NCBI GenBank assembly: GCA_018238625.1
Contig: JABCSY010000026.1
Span: 1 to 43,104 of the forward strand
Source of the DNA: Promethearchaeota archaeon
Lineage (GTDB): Archaea; Asgardarchaeota; Lokiarchaeia; Sigyniarchaeales; SOKP01
Direction of reading: 5' to 3'
DNA length: 43,104 nt
The position numbers were made by a program, and so were the translations under genes. Shown piece after piece: positions 1-8,669 of this stretch. The notes under the pieces were generated by a model that saw nothing but the letters and a program-made list of their open reading frames with translations, ran no database searches and was not told the DNA's origin. Numbering within the stretch: the first letter of the stretch is position 1; each line of letters starts with the position of its first letter.

Positions 1-2
1 TA

Positions 3-470
3 AAAACCGATCCTACAATAATAGATTTCATAGTAGAGCACGACTTACCTATAGTTTTAATGGCTTCTAAAGCAGTCCCTGGTGATTTATGTACAATTGA
101 AGAAATTATAGAAGAATTTAAATCTACTGTTAAAATCTTGGAAAATAGAGGTCATGATACTAAGAAAGTTATTTTAGATCCGGGGATTGGGCATTGGATC
201 GAAAGAAAAACTCATAAATATGATTTAAAAATAATTGGTAATTTAAATAAACTCCGCGTTCTAAAAAACCCGATTTTAGTAGCAATATCTCGAAAATCAT
301 TTATAGGAACAACTTTAGACATACCCGACCCTGAAAATAGACTAAACGGAACTCTTGCCGCAACTGCTATTGCTGTATATAAGGGGGCTCATATTGTCAG
401 AACGCACGATATAAATAATCAACTAATGGAATTCACAAAAATGGCAGAAGAAATCAGAAGAAACCAATAA
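3..470 (+). CDS. folP: Dihydropteroate synthase, C-terminal part (5' truncated by window edge)
   Basis: Motifs ILDPGIG, SRKSFIG and VRTHD. Frame is open back to position 3 (KTDPTIIDFIVEHDLPIVLM). Confidence 0.9.
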   Translation, partial: KTDPTIIDFIVEHDLPIVLMASKAVPGDLCTIEEIIEEFKSTVKILENRGHDTKKVILDPGIGHWIERKTHKYDLKIIGNLNKLRVLKNPILVAISRKSFIGTTLDIPDPENRLNGTLAATAIAVYKGAHIVRTHDINNQLMEFTKMAEEIRRNQ

Positions 471-757
471 ACATCCCTCCTTTTAGATATAAGTTAAAGT
501 TATAAAAGCAACCCCATTTTTTTAAACCTCGTAAAAATTAAGCTTATTTTTTGTAAAACAACGATCTCTAAAATCTTTTCATGTTTTTAGCCAATGATTT
601 TTAATATTCATCGGTTTCAAGCGACGATAAAATGTGCTAACATTTATAACATTTTAATTCCTTATATTATATGTAAATGGTTAATTTATCACTTAAGTTC
701 AATTAAGAACAGATGATTTTACCTTTACATTAAATTAATTATAAGAATGGAATTCTT

Positions 758-2821
758 ATGCCTGAAAAAGAAAATATTTCTTTATCTAATAACCCTTCTA
801 AAAAAGACTCTTATGATGCGGATGATATTCAAGTTCTTAAAGGTTTAGAAGGAGTTAGGAAGCGCCCTGCTATGTACATTGGCGACCAAGGGAAGAAAGG
901 GCTTCATCATCTTGTTTTTGAGGTTTTGGATAATTCTGTTGACGAGGCAATCGGGAAATATGCAACAGAAATTAAAGTAACTCTTTTCAAAGATAATTCT
1001 GTTTTAGTTTTCGATAACGGACGCGGTATTCCTATTGGTAATCATCCCGAATATAATAAACCTGCTTTAGAAGTCATTATGGAACACCTACATTCCGGAG
1101 GGAAATTTGATAATAAAAGCTACAAAATATCCGGGGGGTTACACGGTGTTGGCCTTTCAGTCGTTAATGCCTTAGCAGAATGGTTAGAAGTAGAAATTTC
1201 TAGAGATGGTCTTATCTATAAACAAAAATTTTCGCGAGGCGTTAAAGTCACGGAGCCAACGATTACAAAAACCGCAGAAACAGGTTCTTACACAAAAATC
1301 TCTTTTTACCCGGATGACGAGATATTTGATTTCGATAAAAATGAAGTAATTTATAATGCTTCCACAATTTCTAATAGGATGCGCGAACTCGCTTTTCTTA
1401 CGCCTCAAGCGCGATTTGAGCTCCATAATAAAATTAAAGAAGAGAAAGAAGAATTTTTTTACGAAGGTGGAATTAAAGAATTTATTTCTTATTTGAATAA
1501 AGATAAGCAACCTCTACATAATGACATTATTTTTATAAGCGATTCGGTTGAAAACGAAGATGGAGCGCTAATTTACCTCGATTTAGCTATGCAGTACAAC
1601 ACTACATACCAAACAAATATTCTTACATATGCTAATACAATTAATACTGCAGAAGGAGGCGTCCATCTTACAGGGTTTAAATCCGCACTCACTAGGACTT
1701 TTAATTCATATATTGAAAATTTTATGGAAAAAAAGTATAAAGAACACGTCCTAAGTGGGACGGATACCAGAGAGGGTTTATCTGCTGTACTTTCTGTTAA
1801 ATTACCAGATCCTCAATTTGAGAGTCAAACGAAAATCAAACTAGGTAATCCCGAAGTTAGACAAATTGTAAGCCAAATAGTTACAGATAAATTAACTCAA
1901 TACTTAGAAGAACACCCCCAAATAGGAAAAAAACTCGTCCTGAAAACGATTAACGCGAAAATAGCACGGGAAGCCGCCCAAAAAGCGAGATTGTTAATCC
2001 GTAGAAAATCTGTATTGGATAGCGCAAGAATGCCCGGAAAACTAGCTGATTGTTCTTCTAATAATCCAAAAGAATGCGAAATCTTTATTGTTGAAGGAGA
2101 CTCTGCAGGGGGTTCGGCAAAACAAGGAAGAGATAGAGGTTATCAGGCAATACTACCTCTTAGAGGAAAGATATTGAATGTAGAAAAAGCTCGAATGGAC
2201 AAAATATTACAAAATAACGAAATTCTAGCGATTATTAAAGCGTTAGGTGTTGGAATTCAGGAATTTAATGAAATTAATGGGTCTGAAAGCGAGAATGGGG
2301 CCCCTGAAGAGACCGAGGGGACCGAGGAATCTGAACACGCAATTGACTTAAATAAGTTAAGGTACCATAAAACGATCATAATGTGCGATTCTGATATCGA
2401 CGGAAAACATATCGAAACATTACTGCTCACGTTTTTTTTCAGATACATGCGACCATTAATAGACGGTGGGTATCTGTATATGGCTATGCCTCCTCTCTAC
2501 AAAGTATCTTATAAAAAATCAAAGCATTATGTTTTTACGGATAGTGAAAAAGAAGATGCACTAAAAGATATTAAATTAAAATATAAACTGAAAAATCTAG
2601 ATACGGTAAAAATTCAGAGGTATAAGGGATTAGGGGAGATGAACCCCGAAGAACTTTACGATACGACAATGAATAAGGAGACTCGAACGTTAAAGAAGGT
2701 ATTGTATGAAGATTACATTGAGAATGATTTGATCTTTACGAAACTAATGGGTAAAGAAGTAAAATCACGTAAGAAATTTATTATAGCCAATTTTGATCAA
2801 GCAAATGTTTTAGATGTATGA
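758..2821 (+). CDS. gyrB: DNA gyrase subunit B
   Basis: VRKRPAMYIG, DNSVDE, DNGRGIP, SGGLHGVG, EGDSAGG, PLRGK, DSDIDG, RYKGLGEM; adjacent to gyrA. Confidence 0.97.
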   Translation: MPEKENISLSNNPSKKDSYDADDIQVLKGLEGVRKRPAMYIGDQGKKGLHHLVFEVLDNSVDEAIGKYATEIKVTLFKDNSVLVFDNGRGIPIGNHPEYNKPALEVIMEHLHSGGKFDNKSYKISGGLHGVGLSVVNALAEWLEVEISRDGLIYKQKFSRGVKVTEPTITKTAETGSYTKISFYPDDEIFDFDKNEVIYNASTISNRMRELAFLTPQARFELHNKIKEEKEEFFYEGGIKEFISYLNKDKQPLHNDIIFISDSVENEDGALIYLDLAMQYNTTYQTNILTYANTINTAEGGVHLTGFKSALTRTFNSYIENFMEKKYKEHVLSGTDTREGLSAVLSVKLPDPQFESQTKIKLGNPEVRQIVSQIVTDKLTQYLEEHPQIGKKLVLKTINAKIAREAAQKARLLIRRKSVLDSARMPGKLADCSSNNPKECEIFIVEGDSAGGSAKQGRDRGYQAILPLRGKILNVEKARMDKILQNNEILAIIKALGVGIQEFNEINGSESENGAPEETEGTEESEHAIDLNKLRYHKTIIMCDSDIDGKHIETLLLTFFFRYMRPLIDGGYLYMAMPPLYKVSYKKSKHYVFTDSEKEDALKDIKLKYKLKNLDTVKIQRYKGLGEMNPEELYDTTMNKETRTLKKVLYEDYIENDLIFTKLMGKEVKSRKKFIIANFDQANVLDV

Positions 2822-2886
2822 TATTTGATGTGTAGTTTATCTTTTTATTACATATTATTAAATAATAGATAGATTTGGTATTAAAA

Positions 2887-5352
2887 ATGACTTCAGAGAA
2901 TATTATAGAGATCGAATTAAAAGAGGAAATGAAAAGTAGTTATATAGATTACGCCATGTCCGTTGTTGTTGGGCGCGCGATTCCCGACGTGAGAGATGGA
3001 TTAAAACCAGTACATCGTAGAATAATTTACGCTATGGCCGATAACAATTATTTTTACAATCATGCACACGTGAAATCCGCGAGGATTGTGGGCGAGGCTA
3101 TGGGAAAGTATCATCCTCATGGAGATGCTGCTTTGTATAATACATTAGTTCGTATGGCACAAGACTTTTCGTTAAGATATCCGTTAATCGATCCACAAGG
3201 GAATTTCGGATCGATCGACGGAGACCCTCCTGCTGCTATGCGTTATACTGAAGCACGATTAGCACAAATATCTAATGAACTAATCGAAGACATAGATAAT
3301 GAAACAGTGGATTTTGTCCCAAATTTTGATGATAGTTTAAAAGAACCTGCCTTTTTACCTGCTAAGCTACCAAATATGCTAATCAATGGAACAAAAGGAA
3401 TAGCAGTTGGGATGGCTACATCTATGGCGCCTCATAACCTAACGGAAATTTGTCAAGGGATTATTGCAACAGTGGATGATCCTGTAATATCTACTGAGGA
3501 ACTTATGGAAATTATCAAGGGACCAGACTTTCCAACAGGAGGAACCATTATTGATACGAATGGTATTTACAATGCTTATACAACTGGAATGGGCAATATA
3601 ACTTTAAGGGGAACTGTTGATGTCGAAACAAAAGGAAATAAAAATCGATTAATTATTTCCGAAATTCCTTATTTAGTGAATAAAACTACCCTAATCGAAG
3701 CGATTGCCAAACTCATAAAAGATGGTGTGCTTAAAGATGTTCGAGATTTAAGAGACGAATCTGATAGAAAAGGAATGCGAATTGTAATAGAACTAACTAA
3801 AAAAGCTCAACCAGTTATACTGAAAAATATCATTTTTAAAAGAACTAGGCTTCAAACGTCATTTAACATTAGTAATTTAGTATTAATAAACGAAGGAAAA
3901 CAACCTAAGATTCTTAATCTAAAAGAGTTAATCGAAGAGTACATCGAGCACCGCCTTAAAATTATTTATAGAAGGACTGAATTTCATCTCAAAAAAGCTA
4001 AAAGCAGGCTTCATAAAGTTGAGGGTCTTTTAATCGCTTTAAATAATATCGACGACGTTGTAAACATTATTAAAAGCGCTAGCGATACCAACGACGCAAA
4101 GAATAAATTGAAAATCGCATATAAATTAAGTGATATTCAAGTTCAAGCGATATTGAGCATGCCTTTATCGAGATTAACAAATTTAGAACAACAAAAACTA
4201 GTTGACGAAGAAAAATCTTTGAAAAAAAGTATCACAGAATTAGAAAAGATATTAGAAAATAAAAAAATCCGCTTAAGTATAATTAAGCAAGAGTTAACCG
4301 AACTAAACAAAAAGTACGGCGATAAAAGAAAAACAAGAATTGAGATTATTGAAGATCATAATATTAGAGAAGTTAAAAGGAAAGATTTAATTAAAAAAGA
4401 GCCAACAATTGTAATTTTCACTAAAAATCAATACATAAAAAGAATTTCTGTAGAAGATTACCACGCTCAAAGGCGAGGCGGACGCGGAAAAAAAGGTATG
4501 ACTGTTCGCGAAGAAGATTTCATAACCGATTTATTTGTTTGTTCCACTCACGACACGATCTTAATTTTTACTTCTAAAGGTAGAGTATATTCCATGAAAT
4601 GTTTTGAACTTCCGTTACAAACGCGCACGGCTAGAGGAAAACCCATTATAAATTTGATCGCCCTACAATCGGGGGAAAACATATCAGCGATGATTCCAAT
4701 TAATAACTTTGACACTAATGAAATGCTCATTATGACCACCAAAAATGGCATTATAAAGAAGTGTCCTTTAAGGTTATTCTCGAAGTTTAAGAAAACAGGT
4801 GTGCGAGCTCATCGAATAAGACCAGATGACGAATTAATTAGCGTAAAAAGACTATCAAACGAGCTACAAGATATTTTTATTGCGACAAAACTCGGTTATG
4901 CCGTAAGATTTGACGAATCAGAGCTAAGAGAATTAGGAAGAACTTCAATGGGCGTGAAAGGAGCCTCGCTAAGGGAAGGGGACGAAGTAATCGATAGTTT
5001 GTTAGTAACTGACGATAATATTATTCTAACCCTAACTGAAAAAGGCTACGGACAAAGAACCTTTCTTAAAGAATATCGAAAAACAGGGAGAAATGCTAAA
5101 GGAGTAAAAAATATTTCATTAAATCTTGAAAAAAATGACAAAGTTATTGCTATAAAAATGGGAAAATTGGTGGATATCTTGATAGGCACGGAACAAGGAC
5201 AAGTAATCAGGCTTCCCGTGGATTCAATTAGAATAACTCATAGAAAAGCAAAAGGAGTTAGAGCAATAAAACTATATAAAGACGACTCAGTTGTTGCAAT
5301 AGGTAAATGTGCAACATTCATTGGCGATAAGGAAGAAAATGGAAAGGATTAA
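2887..5352 (+). CDS. gyrA: DNA gyrase subunit A
   Basis: RDGLKPVHRR, YHPHGD, AAMRYTE (catalytic Tyr), GyrA box QRRGGRG, C-terminal beta-pinwheel repeats. ATG at 2887 preferred over TTG at 2875. Confidence 0.97.
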   Translation: MTSENIIEIELKEEMKSSYIDYAMSVVVGRAIPDVRDGLKPVHRRIIYAMADNNYFYNHAHVKSARIVGEAMGKYHPHGDAALYNTLVRMAQDFSLRYPLIDPQGNFGSIDGDPPAAMRYTEARLAQISNELIEDIDNETVDFVPNFDDSLKEPAFLPAKLPNMLINGTKGIAVGMATSMAPHNLTEICQGIIATVDDPVISTEELMEIIKGPDFPTGGTIIDTNGIYNAYTTGMGNITLRGTVDVETKGNKNRLIISEIPYLVNKTTLIEAIAKLIKDGVLKDVRDLRDESDRKGMRIVIELTKKAQPVILKNIIFKRTRLQTSFNISNLVLINEGKQPKILNLKELIEEYIEHRLKIIYRRTEFHLKKAKSRLHKVEGLLIALNNIDDVVNIIKSASDTNDAKNKLKIAYKLSDIQVQAILSMPLSRLTNLEQQKLVDEEKSLKKSITELEKILENKKIRLSIIKQELTELNKKYGDKRKTRIEIIEDHNIREVKRKDLIKKEPTIVIFTKNQYIKRISVEDYHAQRRGGRGKKGMTVREEDFITDLFVCSTHDTILIFTSKGRVYSMKCFELPLQTRTARGKPIINLIALQSGENISAMIPINNFDTNEMLIMTTKNGIIKKCPLRLFSKFKKTGVRAHRIRPDDELISVKRLSNELQDIFIATKLGYAVRFDESELRELGRTSMGVKGASLREGDEVIDSLLVTDDNIILTLTEKGYGQRTFLKEYRKTGRNAKGVKNISLNLEKNDKVIAIKMGKLVDILIGTEQGQVIRLPVDSIRITHRKAKGVRAIKLYKDDSVVAIGKCATFIGDKEENGKD

Positions 5353-5366
5353 CATTTATTTTTTGT

Positions 5367-5726
5367 CTATTTTTTAAGATATGGAATAAGACATATGAAA
5401 ACGAGATCGTCTTTACTAAGATTATCTATTCCATGTTTCTCAAATGGAGGGATATACAACACATCTCCGCTTCCAACTACTTCTTCCTTACCAGAATCGT
5501 CGTAAAATCTTCCTTTTCCGCTTAAAATGTAGATCTCGTGGTCTTGAGGGTGATTGTGAAGGGGTACTTTGGTATCTGGTCTAATTTCAAATCGCCTCAT
5601 AGCGAAGTTTTGAGCTCCGTCATCTTCTTTGTTAATTATCCACCTAACATAGACGTTTTTTACTGGAGTGCCATCAGTTAACGTCGCTTCTTTGTTTTCT
5701 ACTTCTTTATAATTCTTTTTTATCAT
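5367..5726 (-). CDS. Cupin-domain protein
   Basis: Cupin motifs PLHNHPQDHEIYILSGKG and GDVLYIPPFEKHG. Confidence 0.9.
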   Translation of the reverse strand: MIKKNYKEVENKEATLTDGTPVKNVYVRWIINKEDDGAQNFAMRRFEIRPDTKVPLHNHPQDHEIYILSGKGRFYDDSGKEEVVGSGDVLYIPPFEKHGIDNLSKDDLVFICLIPYLKK

Positions 5727-5791
5727 AATAGAAATTAATTTTTAATCCTAATAAAATAATATCACATATTAGTTTGATATCAAATTCAAGG
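5725..5791 (+). repeat. Copy 1 of ~65-bp imperfect direct repeat containing an ATATCA-N10-TGATAT dyad
   Basis: ataatagaaatt...ataaaataatatcacatattagtttgatatcaaattcaagg matches 6267-6331. Confidence 0.7.
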
Positions 5792-6021
5792 AGCGCAGTT
5801 TTATTAACACTGAATCAATATGCATTGAGACGGTAAGCTATTATTTTTTTCCCTTCCGAACCCAATCTAAAATCTAGCTCATCTTATCTTTGAATCTTAA
5901 ATCATTAGATTTTTTAAATATAAAAAATTCATATTTTCATAGAAAAATTGGTCTACAAAAGTAATTTATATAATTTTATCTAATTTTTCTTTGTAAAAAA
6001 AAAAATAGAGCTTAATATTAA

Positions 6022-6162
6022 ATGAAAAATAAGAATATACAAATGAAGCGAGAAGATTGGGAATATTTAAGAGAATACCAAAAACATCCAATTAAGGAAA
6101 GGTACTTAGATTCTTTGAGTATAGAAGAAAGAAGAGAATTCGAAAAACAAAAAATCATCTAA
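6022..6162 (+). CDS. Possible 46-aa small protein or gene remnant
   Basis: MKNKNIQMKREDWEYLREYQKHPIKERYLDSLSIEERREFEKQKII*. Same frame continues open for 27 codons after the TAA; no recognisable motif. Confidence 0.3.
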   Translation: MKNKNIQMKREDWEYLREYQKHPIKERYLDSLSIEERREFEKQKII

Positions 6163-6266
6163 TTAAGGAAAGTTACTAAGTTTAGATTTGAAGATATTTC
6201 TAAAATCATAAAATCTTTTGATTCAACTTATTTTAAATTATTTTAAATTCTCTTTTCTTCTTTAGT

Positions 6267-6331
6267 ATAATAGAAATAATTTTTTAACACAATAAAATAA
6301 TATCATATATTAAGTGATATCAATATCAAGG
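6267..6331 (+). repeat. Copy 2 of ~65-bp direct repeat with ATATCA-N9-TGATAT dyad; putative promoter/operator of the 6342 gene
   Basis: ataatagaaat...aataaaataatatcatatattaagtgatatcaatatcaagg, immediately upstream of ATG 6342. Confidence 0.7.
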
Positions 6332-6341
6332 GTGTTAATTT

Positions 6342-7268
6342 ATGAGTACTGAATTTAATATTGGTTTTGATTATTCCCACAAAAACAAGTTAATAATAGA
6401 AGATCCTGGATTTAATGACTTTATTGAGTTTCTATTTAATTCAGATTTAAAACTGGGAAAAATTGAAGCGGGAATTACCTACGAAAAATTATCTGCTTAT
6501 AATGTATTTATTATTGGTGTTCCAATTGCTGAATCATATCTAACTCCGGAAGAGATTGAGGGTTTATTGAAGTACGTTAAAGATGGAGGGTCTCTTTTAA
6601 TTATCAACGATAAAGGAGGAGACTATGACAATAAAAATAATTTATCCGAGCTAACAAAACATTTTGGAATCAAATTCAACCACGATCAGCTATTTGATAA
6701 CGAAGATTTTTCGAAAGATAATTCGCGTCCAATAATTAAACAATTCAAAAAACACTTTATAACTCGAGATATAACTCAAATTATTCATTCTGTTGGCTGT
6801 ACTTTAGAGGTTGATAAATCAGTTGAAAATGAAGATATTGATGTTAGCGCAGTCGCACTCTCATCTGAGGAATCTGCTTGGCACAAATATTTTGATGGAG
6901 AAGAATGGGTTGATGAACCTGTTAAAAGCTTACCAATAATCGCTATCGGACATTATGGCATGGGAAAAACCGTAGCTATAGGGAACTTGTCTCTTTTTTC
7001 TGGCTTCCACGATTCATACGGTATTCACGCTGCTGACAACTTCAAATTAATATCTAACGTAATCTCTTGGCTTATGAACAAAGCTCATTCTCAAGAAGCG
7101 CAATTATCGCAACCCATATACACGGCTATCCCCATTGAACAAGATTTATATTATTGGATAAAAGAAAAACTCGACGAAGGACGATGGAACACCGTAGAAG
7201 AAATCGTTAACTTTGCGCTTAAAGTAGTTAAATTTAGAATGAGAAAGCAAGATCCTCAAGAAGAATAG
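6342..7268 (+). CDS. GIFT/DUF4350-like (class I glutamine amidotransferase-like) domain protein with C-terminal ribbon-helix-helix-like segment
   Basis: EEIEGLLKYVKDGGSLLII, NLSELTKHFGIKF, GMGKTVAIGN and DNFKLISNVISWL fit the GIFT/IFT52/GldG fold. C-terminus IYTAIPIEQDLYYWIKEKLDEGRWNTVEEIVNFAL resembles CopG/RHH. Confidence 0.7.
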   Translation: MSTEFNIGFDYSHKNKLIIEDPGFNDFIEFLFNSDLKLGKIEAGITYEKLSAYNVFIIGVPIAESYLTPEEIEGLLKYVKDGGSLLIINDKGGDYDNKNNLSELTKHFGIKFNHDQLFDNEDFSKDNSRPIIKQFKKHFITRDITQIIHSVGCTLEVDKSVENEDIDVSAVALSSEESAWHKYFDGEEWVDEPVKSLPIIAIGHYGMGKTVAIGNLSLFSGFHDSYGIHAADNFKLISNVISWLMNKAHSQEAQLSQPIYTAIPIEQDLYYWIKEKLDEGRWNTVEEIVNFALKVVKFRMRKQDPQEE

Positions 7269-7319
7269 AAAAAAGATTAATTTTAGCTCTACTAAATTAT
7301 TAAATAATAGGTTTAAAAT

Positions 7320-7862
7320 ATGTTAGAAACTGATAAAGAAGAATTGTTGATAGGTCTATTGTCTGACACGCACATTCCCCAAAGAACTAATGTAATTCCA
7401 CAGGTAATTATTGATGATTTTAAGAAGAGGAATGTGGATTATGTGTTTCATATGGGGGACTTCGTTTCCTATAAAGTATACCAAGCTCTTATCGATACTT
7501 TTGGCGAAAAAAAAGTAATTGCGGTTCTCGGCAACATGGATTTTGACTCAAAACTTAAAGAATCGCTTCCTGAAAAGCTGGAATTTGAATTATTCGGTCA
7601 TAAAATATTAATGCTACACGGGATGGGCGGTCCAAATATAATCGTTAAACGATTAATTAAAAAATTAGACTTGCTTAATTCTGATTATAACATTATAATT
7701 TTTGGCCATACTCATAGGCCTGTTAATGAGATACACCACGACATCCTGTTTTTAAACCCAGGAACAACAACTCCAATCGATAATAAATTTACAGTAATTA
7801 GTTCATATGGTTATTTAAGAATTTCAAAAGAGAAGGTAGAACCTGAAATTAAATATTTATAA
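7320..7862 (+). CDS. Metallophosphoesterase, YfcE/MJ0936/Vps29 family
   Basis: SDTH, HMGD, GNMD, LHG, GHTH, NPG motifs. Confidence 0.92.
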   Translation: MLETDKEELLIGLLSDTHIPQRTNVIPQVIIDDFKKRNVDYVFHMGDFVSYKVYQALIDTFGEKKVIAVLGNMDFDSKLKESLPEKLEFELFGHKILMLHGMGGPNIIVKRLIKKLDLLNSDYNIIIFGHTHRPVNEIHHDILFLNPGTTTPIDNKFTVISSYGYLRISKEKVEPEIKYL

Positions 7863-7940
7863 AAAATTTAAAATCCGAAGAATTGAGCTTAAGAGTATTA
7901 TTAAAAATTAGACTTAAAAAGTTCTAAAATTAAGGCTTGA

Positions 7941-8646
7941 TTATGGGCTTTCCATAGCTTTACCACTCAATTTCTTGTAGTGGTTAAGCACAGCTTGTCT
8001 GGCAGCATATACAAACGCTCTTTTTACGTTAACTCCCGTAATAGCGATAGTTTCGTAAATCAAGGTGTGGTCCATCTTGGCGGTATCTAAAACTTGTCTA
8101 ATTTTTGATATCTCGACGATGTCTTCAAGATCTCTCTTGTTGGCTAACACTACCAGAGGTACTTCTGGTGGGTCAAATGGGGCTGGTGGAATTAACTTAT
8201 CACCGTAAAACTTCAATAGCTCTTTTAAAGACCATATATTCTCTCCCCAGTTATCCCTATGCTCGGAATTCGAGAAAGGATTGATCGATGAGAGAATCAA
8301 AAGTGAAGATTACGGCATCGGTACCCTTCAGAACGGTCTGGCGTTGAAATTTGTGTCTGCGCTGGCCAGCAACAGTATATACTTGAAAAACTACATTAGA
8401 TACTCTTGCAACTACCCGATCAAAAAACAAAGTTCGTCCAGTAGGGTCTTGGATTTGCTGCATTAAATGGAAGATTCAAAAATTAGAATCTTCTGTCACC
8501 TGAAGCTAAACCCTCTCTATGATAGACCCATTCTAAAGCCGTTGTTTTACCACCTAAGCTTGGCCCGTAGAAGCAGATTGACTTTTCTGGCTCGAACTGA
8601 ACCCAGACTTAAAGACCAAGGTTCCGTCACCTCTACGTGATGGCAT
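7941..8646 (-). CDS. MglA-family small GTPase, 204 aa after removal of three BHB introns; exons 8646-8609, 8579-8495, 8463-8281, 8249-7941
   Basis: Spliced product MPSRRGDGTLVFKICFYGPSLGGKTTALEWVYHREGLASGDMQQIQDPTGRTLFFDR...YTVAGQ...LKGTDAVIFTFDSLIDQWGENIWSLKEL...LANKRDL...ETIAITGVNV carries intact MglA-type G1 (GPSLGGKTT), RTLFFD, G3 (TVAGQ), G4 (NKRD) and G5 motifs. RBS GAGGTG at 8660-8655. Confidence 0.9.
8250..8280 (-). other. Relaxed BHB-type intron 3 (31 nt) in GTPase gene
   Basis: mRNA UUCUCUCAUC-GAUC-AA^U-CCU..CUCG(aauuc)CGAG..AGG-GAUA-AC^U-GGGGAGAGAA: central helix 3/4 paired, long exon-exon outer helix. Removal gives LIDQ-WGEN. Confidence 0.8.
8464..8494 (-). other. BHB-type intron 2 (31 nt) in GTPase gene
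   Basis: mRNA GCUUCA-GGUG-AC^A-GAAGAUUC(uaauuuuu)GAAUCUUC-CAUU-UA^A-UGCAGC: perfect 8-bp inner stem, central helix GGUG/CAUU with 2 GU pairs, two 3-nt bulges. Removal gives ASGD-MQQIQ. Confidence 0.85.
8580..8608 (-). other. BHB-type intron 1 (29 nt) in GTPase gene
   Basis: mRNA GGU-CUUU-AA^G-UCUGG...CCAGA-AAAG-UC^A-AUC: Watson-Crick 4-bp central helix CUUU/AAAG, two 3-nt bulges, inner hairpin. Removal gives VFK-ICFYG. Confidence 0.85.
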
Positions 8647-8669
8647 TCATGTTTCACCTCTATAATTAC

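Noticed and set aside
2261-2345. GC-rich GyrB insertion as another BHB intron
   Set aside because: It is in frame, encodes a coherent acidic loop, and I could not build a 3-4-3 BHB around it.
7320-7862. Calling the phosphoesterase a true retromer Vps29
   Set aside because: All metal-binding motifs of ordinary archaeal YfcE/MJ0936 enzymes are retained; it cannot be distinguished without phylogeny.
7941-8646. Reading the GTPase as a frameshifted pseudogene or sequencing error, or as separate ORFs 7941-8300 and 8257-8463
   Set aside because: The breaks are 29-31-nt structured insertions, not 1-nt slips. All obey BHB geometry, and the exons have no stops or motif decay.
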